The position numbers and the translations under genes were made by a program. DNA of 63,896 nucleotides, counting the filler, from Collodictyon triciliatum (lineage: Eukaryota): NCBI GenBank assembly GCA_043381765.1. It is 14 parts of 14 records of this genome, joined end to end, with 100 filler letters (N's around TTAATTAATTAA, not from the genome) between each part and the next. Parts side by side here need not be neighbours in the genome. Positions count along the whole stretch, not along the records: positions 59,428 to 63,896 come from JBHJMP010006063.1; 13 more parts are not named here. One strand, given 5' to 3'. This document shows positions 59,328-63,896 of the stretch, in pieces. Below the pieces are notes generated by a model. That model saw only the letters and a list, made by a program, of their open reading frames with translations, made no database searches and had not been told where the DNA came from. The first letter of the stretch is position 1. Every line of letters begins with the position of its first letter.

Positions 59328-60770
59328 NNNNNNNNNNNNNNNNNNNNNNNNNNNNNNNNNNNNNNNNNNNNTTAATTAATTAANNNNNNNNNNNNNNNNN
59401 NNNNNNNNNNNNNNNNNNNNNNNNNNNGGTGGTTGGCGGGGATTCATTGTGGAAGTTTATCCCACCCAGCAATGGTTTAGTTTCCGGTTTTTGAGAAGTC
59501 ATTGTTATTGTTTTCTATAATCTAGTGTCTAGATTGTCGTTGGTCTTCAATTTAAAAAAGTAATACAATCATGCTAAAATTAAAAAAAGTGCATATTTTT
59601 AGCCAGGAAAAAACTAGTCCTAAGTACCTCACCAGCAATTATTCTGATTGCTTTTTGGAAAATATATATGACAAATAAATAAATATCCGGCAATGAAGAA
59701 AATATATGACCACTTACTTTACTGGCTCGTAATTATGACCGCTGACCAAATATGCAGCTTGGTAAATCCTCGCACCAATTAATAAGTTAAGGAAAGGATA
59801 TTGTTCAATAAAATTATTGAAAAAATTAATATCTCTTTCCAATAGGGATATTCCAAGAATCCTCTTATCTATGTTGTAATATTTATTTTAAATTCGATGA
59901 ATGAAATGTAAATAGTGTTTATTTTAATTATTAATGAATCAACTTTTACTTACGTACAATATTCCACCAGAGTCTTGCACCTGACTAAGCTATGATGAAC
60001 ATAAATAACTTAATTCTGCAAGGTTTCTTGGAAGGAAAAGATTTACGCGCTACTGGTTGTTGTGCATTATTTTTTTATTATTGTTATTTTTTTGTCCACA
60101 AAACACAATTAATATTGAGCACTCGCAACAATGAAATTCATAGCCAGGCAAAAGGATAGAAAATGACTCCCAGGGAACCACTGCAAACCGGGCGATTGAA
60201 GCAATGGATTAGGTACGATAGTAGATGCGTCTTGCACGGTAGATATCAATGGGTCAAGAAACATCTTTTCGATTCATTCTTTGCTTGCCAACTTTATTTT
60301 TAAATGTTGTTGTATCGTTTATATTTTCAATCATTTATTTGGATGTGCCCCTCCTAAGGTGGAGAGAATGGGCTTGTTACCATCGCGGCAATAAAGAAAG
60401 AAAAAAGACTTTCGCCCTTGGGAATCAGAATTGGGTTCGGGGTTGAATTTCAATCCACGCTTGGACATCTGACAAACACCATCTGCCAAACCCACCTCCC
60501 GCGTGGTTGGGGTTTCCTTTGTTTCTGCAATGCCTTGATCACACCTGGGAGTAGGACGATATTTGTGTAAAAGATAGGTCAGCCTGCGTCAAAGAGGAGG
60601 ATAAGCATAAAAGAAGTGGGGATTGTGGTATTCACAACTAAATGTTTGGTCGTTTAGAATACCACAGGGATAAATTAAATAGTCCTCCTGAAAAAAGGAT
60701 ACCAAGCCTAATTATCCTTGCGATTGGATCACAATATAACTTGACTGAGCTTCATTTTGTGAGGTGAAAG

Positions 60771-60849
<79 letters not shown>

Positions 60850-62203
60850 CAGAAGCTATGGAATTGTATTATTATCTATGGTAAGCGCTCCTCTCCTTAT
60901 GGTCCCTGTATATCAATTCATTACGCTCCATTAATCATAAGATCGCAAACACGCAGTCCTTTTTTTTTCTAGCGACATTCACCGTAGTTTTTTTTTTAAA
61001 AAAAAAAAAGAAGGAAATGCTTTGTATGCTTAATTATTATCTCCATGATATTAAAAAGAAAAGACATGCTTTCATTTAAAAATTCACTGCATCAAATAAT
61101 TAAGCAAACTTTTTCAGAGCCCATGCCTCTCGCCATACTTAAGGTTGTTTTCTTTTATTAGTTGAGGCCCCTTTGAAGATATTACAAAAAAAATGATCCA
61201 TGCTATATACGGCATTATGAAAATATGAAATTATCACATTCACCTGAAAAATCATAACAATAGATAATTGCTATGGTAATGAAACATACATATACATTTT
61301 GATGAGATATAGTGTTACCTCATTGACACTGAATGTTTCTAATAGTTATTATTCGATATATTTCTCGGGTAAGTATCATTGGGAGCGACTTGCTTGAGAG
61401 ATCCATCGACATTTTTTTAATTAATACGGATTCGAATGTTTCTGCGCGTAGGAAGAGCTACCTCGTTTCAAATATTTAAATCTGCCATCAATATTTATAT
61501 TTTTTTCATTATACATTTCAATTTGCGCAATATTAAATGTCTAAGCTTTAGTTTGTCAGCTGTCACTTGCATGGATGTAATTCAGGGTCGGGTGACGAAG
61601 AAGTAGTTGATCCCCAAGAATTGCGTCATACCGTTCGGTTGGTAGTATTTGCTGTGTACTTGCATTTTAGTTTAATCAAAGAAATGTTGCATGATTTATA
61701 CATGCGACCCTCGATACTGCGATATCTTGCAATAATCCAAAATTATCGATCTTAAATGTATCTTCCAATTTAATCTGATTGATATGTATCTTCTGGTGTT
61801 TAGATTTTATTATGAGAACATAAATTTTTTGGTGCTAAGATATTGCTTTTCGAATGTTCCTATTTATACGTCTTATTTCTCTTGCAAAGTCCACCTTAAA
61901 ATTCATGGAGTGCGCGTTTATAGTATATTCAAGCTTATCCAAAAAATTGTTTGCATATAAACTATCATAATGTAATTCATATGAAACCAAAATAGCTTTT
62001 GTTAAAAAAAGTACCAAGTAAAGTGCACATGTTAGAAACTGCACCCTCAGTGCTCGGGTGATCTGCATAGAAACGATATCCCAAAAATAAGAAATACAGG
62101 TAATATTGGAGTCGTAGAGACTCGTTTGATTTAATATAGATATGAATATCTGCACCTCATAGTTTTAAATGAATTTTACTGTTTTTCCCGTTATTAGATT
62201 CAA

Positions 62204-62309
<106 letters not shown>

Positions 62310-63896
62310 TGCTATTAACCTAAAATGTATCGAGAGAAAACCAGAGCAAGGAAATACTACCACTTCTAAGACAAGACACGAGATGCGGAAGACATGGAAA
62401 CCCCCTACAGATCGCATGGCTGTAACTATTATGGTTTGGAAATGAGAAGATAAAATAAGGTGGAGAAGAAATTGATCACAAAAGGAGAGGGGAGAAAGTT
62501 TTTTACAATATATTCTATCATATTGTCGTCTTTGTATATTGTAATCTCTAATCTTTTCGATTTTTGTAATATGATATGTTTCTGTCCAGATGGTATTGCA
62601 TTCAATTCCTTCTCATTTCTTAAATATATTTGCACAAATAGAATTGTAAAGGCATTCTTGAAAATCGATAGCTATCGTATATGTTAAAATGATGCATTAC
62701 TGGCTCACACTTTTCTCCTTTGTATGATTCAAATATTTTGATTTGTGTTAACATGATTGCAAGTGCCTGCTAAATACAAAAAAAAAATCCACCTTGATAT
62801 TATAATTGTAAAAATTATTTTTTGTTGAAATTTTAGCAACATGATTAGTTACTTTTAACACCTTTGGAGAAGTTGTCATTCTCATAGTTTTCTTATCAGT
62901 CTCTTGAAAAAAATTAATCATATATTTTTGAACTCATGTAGTAGCATAACAATTCAGAAAACAAAATTTTCACATCTACAAATTGTTAAACCTTCCCTTT
63001 GGATTTTTTGGTTTTTGGTTTTTGGTTTTTGGTTTTATTTTTGTCTATTTTATTTGGAATGAATAGAAAAAGTACCTTTTTTTTAATCGAAGTAACTATT
63101 CATTCCGGAACAATTCGCCTTTTTTTAAAAAAAAAAATCCATTCATCTGTGTTTTCTATTTTCTCAAGTTGAACGATGTAGTTACCCATTTTTTTCAAAA
63201 AATTAAAAAAAAATCAACTTTTGCTCAGATTTAATGGCTGTTAAATATCCCTTAGAGTTGAGAAATAGATACCAACGTAGGCTTTATAGGATGTTACGAA
63301 ATCCTATTAACGCACCACCATCCGGTTGCAGCCTAAGGCAAAAAGTATTATTTCATTTTGTAAAATACAATATTGCATCTCAATATGTGCTTTGATGTAT
63401 CTTGATTTAGTCCCTTAATGTCTGTTATTTTCGCAGAATTTTTCTGAAGAACCTTACTATCATCTGCACATGTCTACTACTCAAGAAAGGTACTTAACCC
63501 GAAAAGAAAAAGAATCGCTCAAATATTCAAATTATATTTCAAACTTATAAAGCATTGAGTCAATTCGTAAGGTTTAAATATTAATATGAATATTGAATTA
63601 TCTACGCTTTAACCCAATTAACTAAAGAAGCCAAAGTTTATTTACCAGTCCAAGTAAGCCTCGATTTTAATGCATATTTTTCTTTGGTTATATGGAAGAG
63701 TTGATATCTAAATATACTTTATATTAACTATATATCGATATTAATGGTAGAGAAACATTCTTTATCTTTTTTATCTTTTTTATCTTTTTTATCTTTTTTA
63801 TCTTTTTTATCTTTTTTTATCTTTTTTATCTTTTTTATCTTTTTTATCTTTTTTATCTTTTTTATCTTTTTTTATCTTTTTTATCTTTTTTATGTT

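Overview
This window is not one locus. It is 14 unrelated contigs of about 4.47 kb each (4467-4478 bp, roughly size-sorted), joined by artificial 100-nt spacers (N44-TTAATTAATTAA-N44), so gene neighbourhood across spacers means nothing. The DNA is AT-rich and eukaryotic, with many short GT-AG introns and dense microsatellites, at which most contigs break. The gene content (PcrA/UvrD-type helicase, ADH6/CAD-type ADH, two-repeat Myb, WDR27-like) suggests a non-animal, probably flagellated, microbial eukaryote (inference). Genes recovered by manual splicing: a pseudokinase-LRR protein, a 7-blade WD40 protein with a probable signal peptide, a UvrD/PcrA-like helicase, a divergent RPB1-like subunit, an IS630/Tc1-derived exon, ALDH3, a CatSper-epsilon-like protein, AP-2 mu, prohibitin, Myb, a WDR27-like 3' end, an ADH pseudogene, TRAPPC13, PRP43/DHX15 and DPP8/9, plus non-LTR retrotransposon relics. 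Four observations stand out. (1) A CATSPERE-like gene occurs in an apparently non-animal genome. (2) An RPB1 paralog has its catalytic NADFDGD changed to NIRFDGD, and also carries an in-frame TGA and a TSD-flanked 30-nt insertion. (3) A pseudokinase-LRR gene is built from exact 69-nt phase-0 exons. (4) A family of about 30-nt retroposon-tail micro-insertions recurs on several contigs. All family assignments come from motif recognition by eye and memory; no searches were run.
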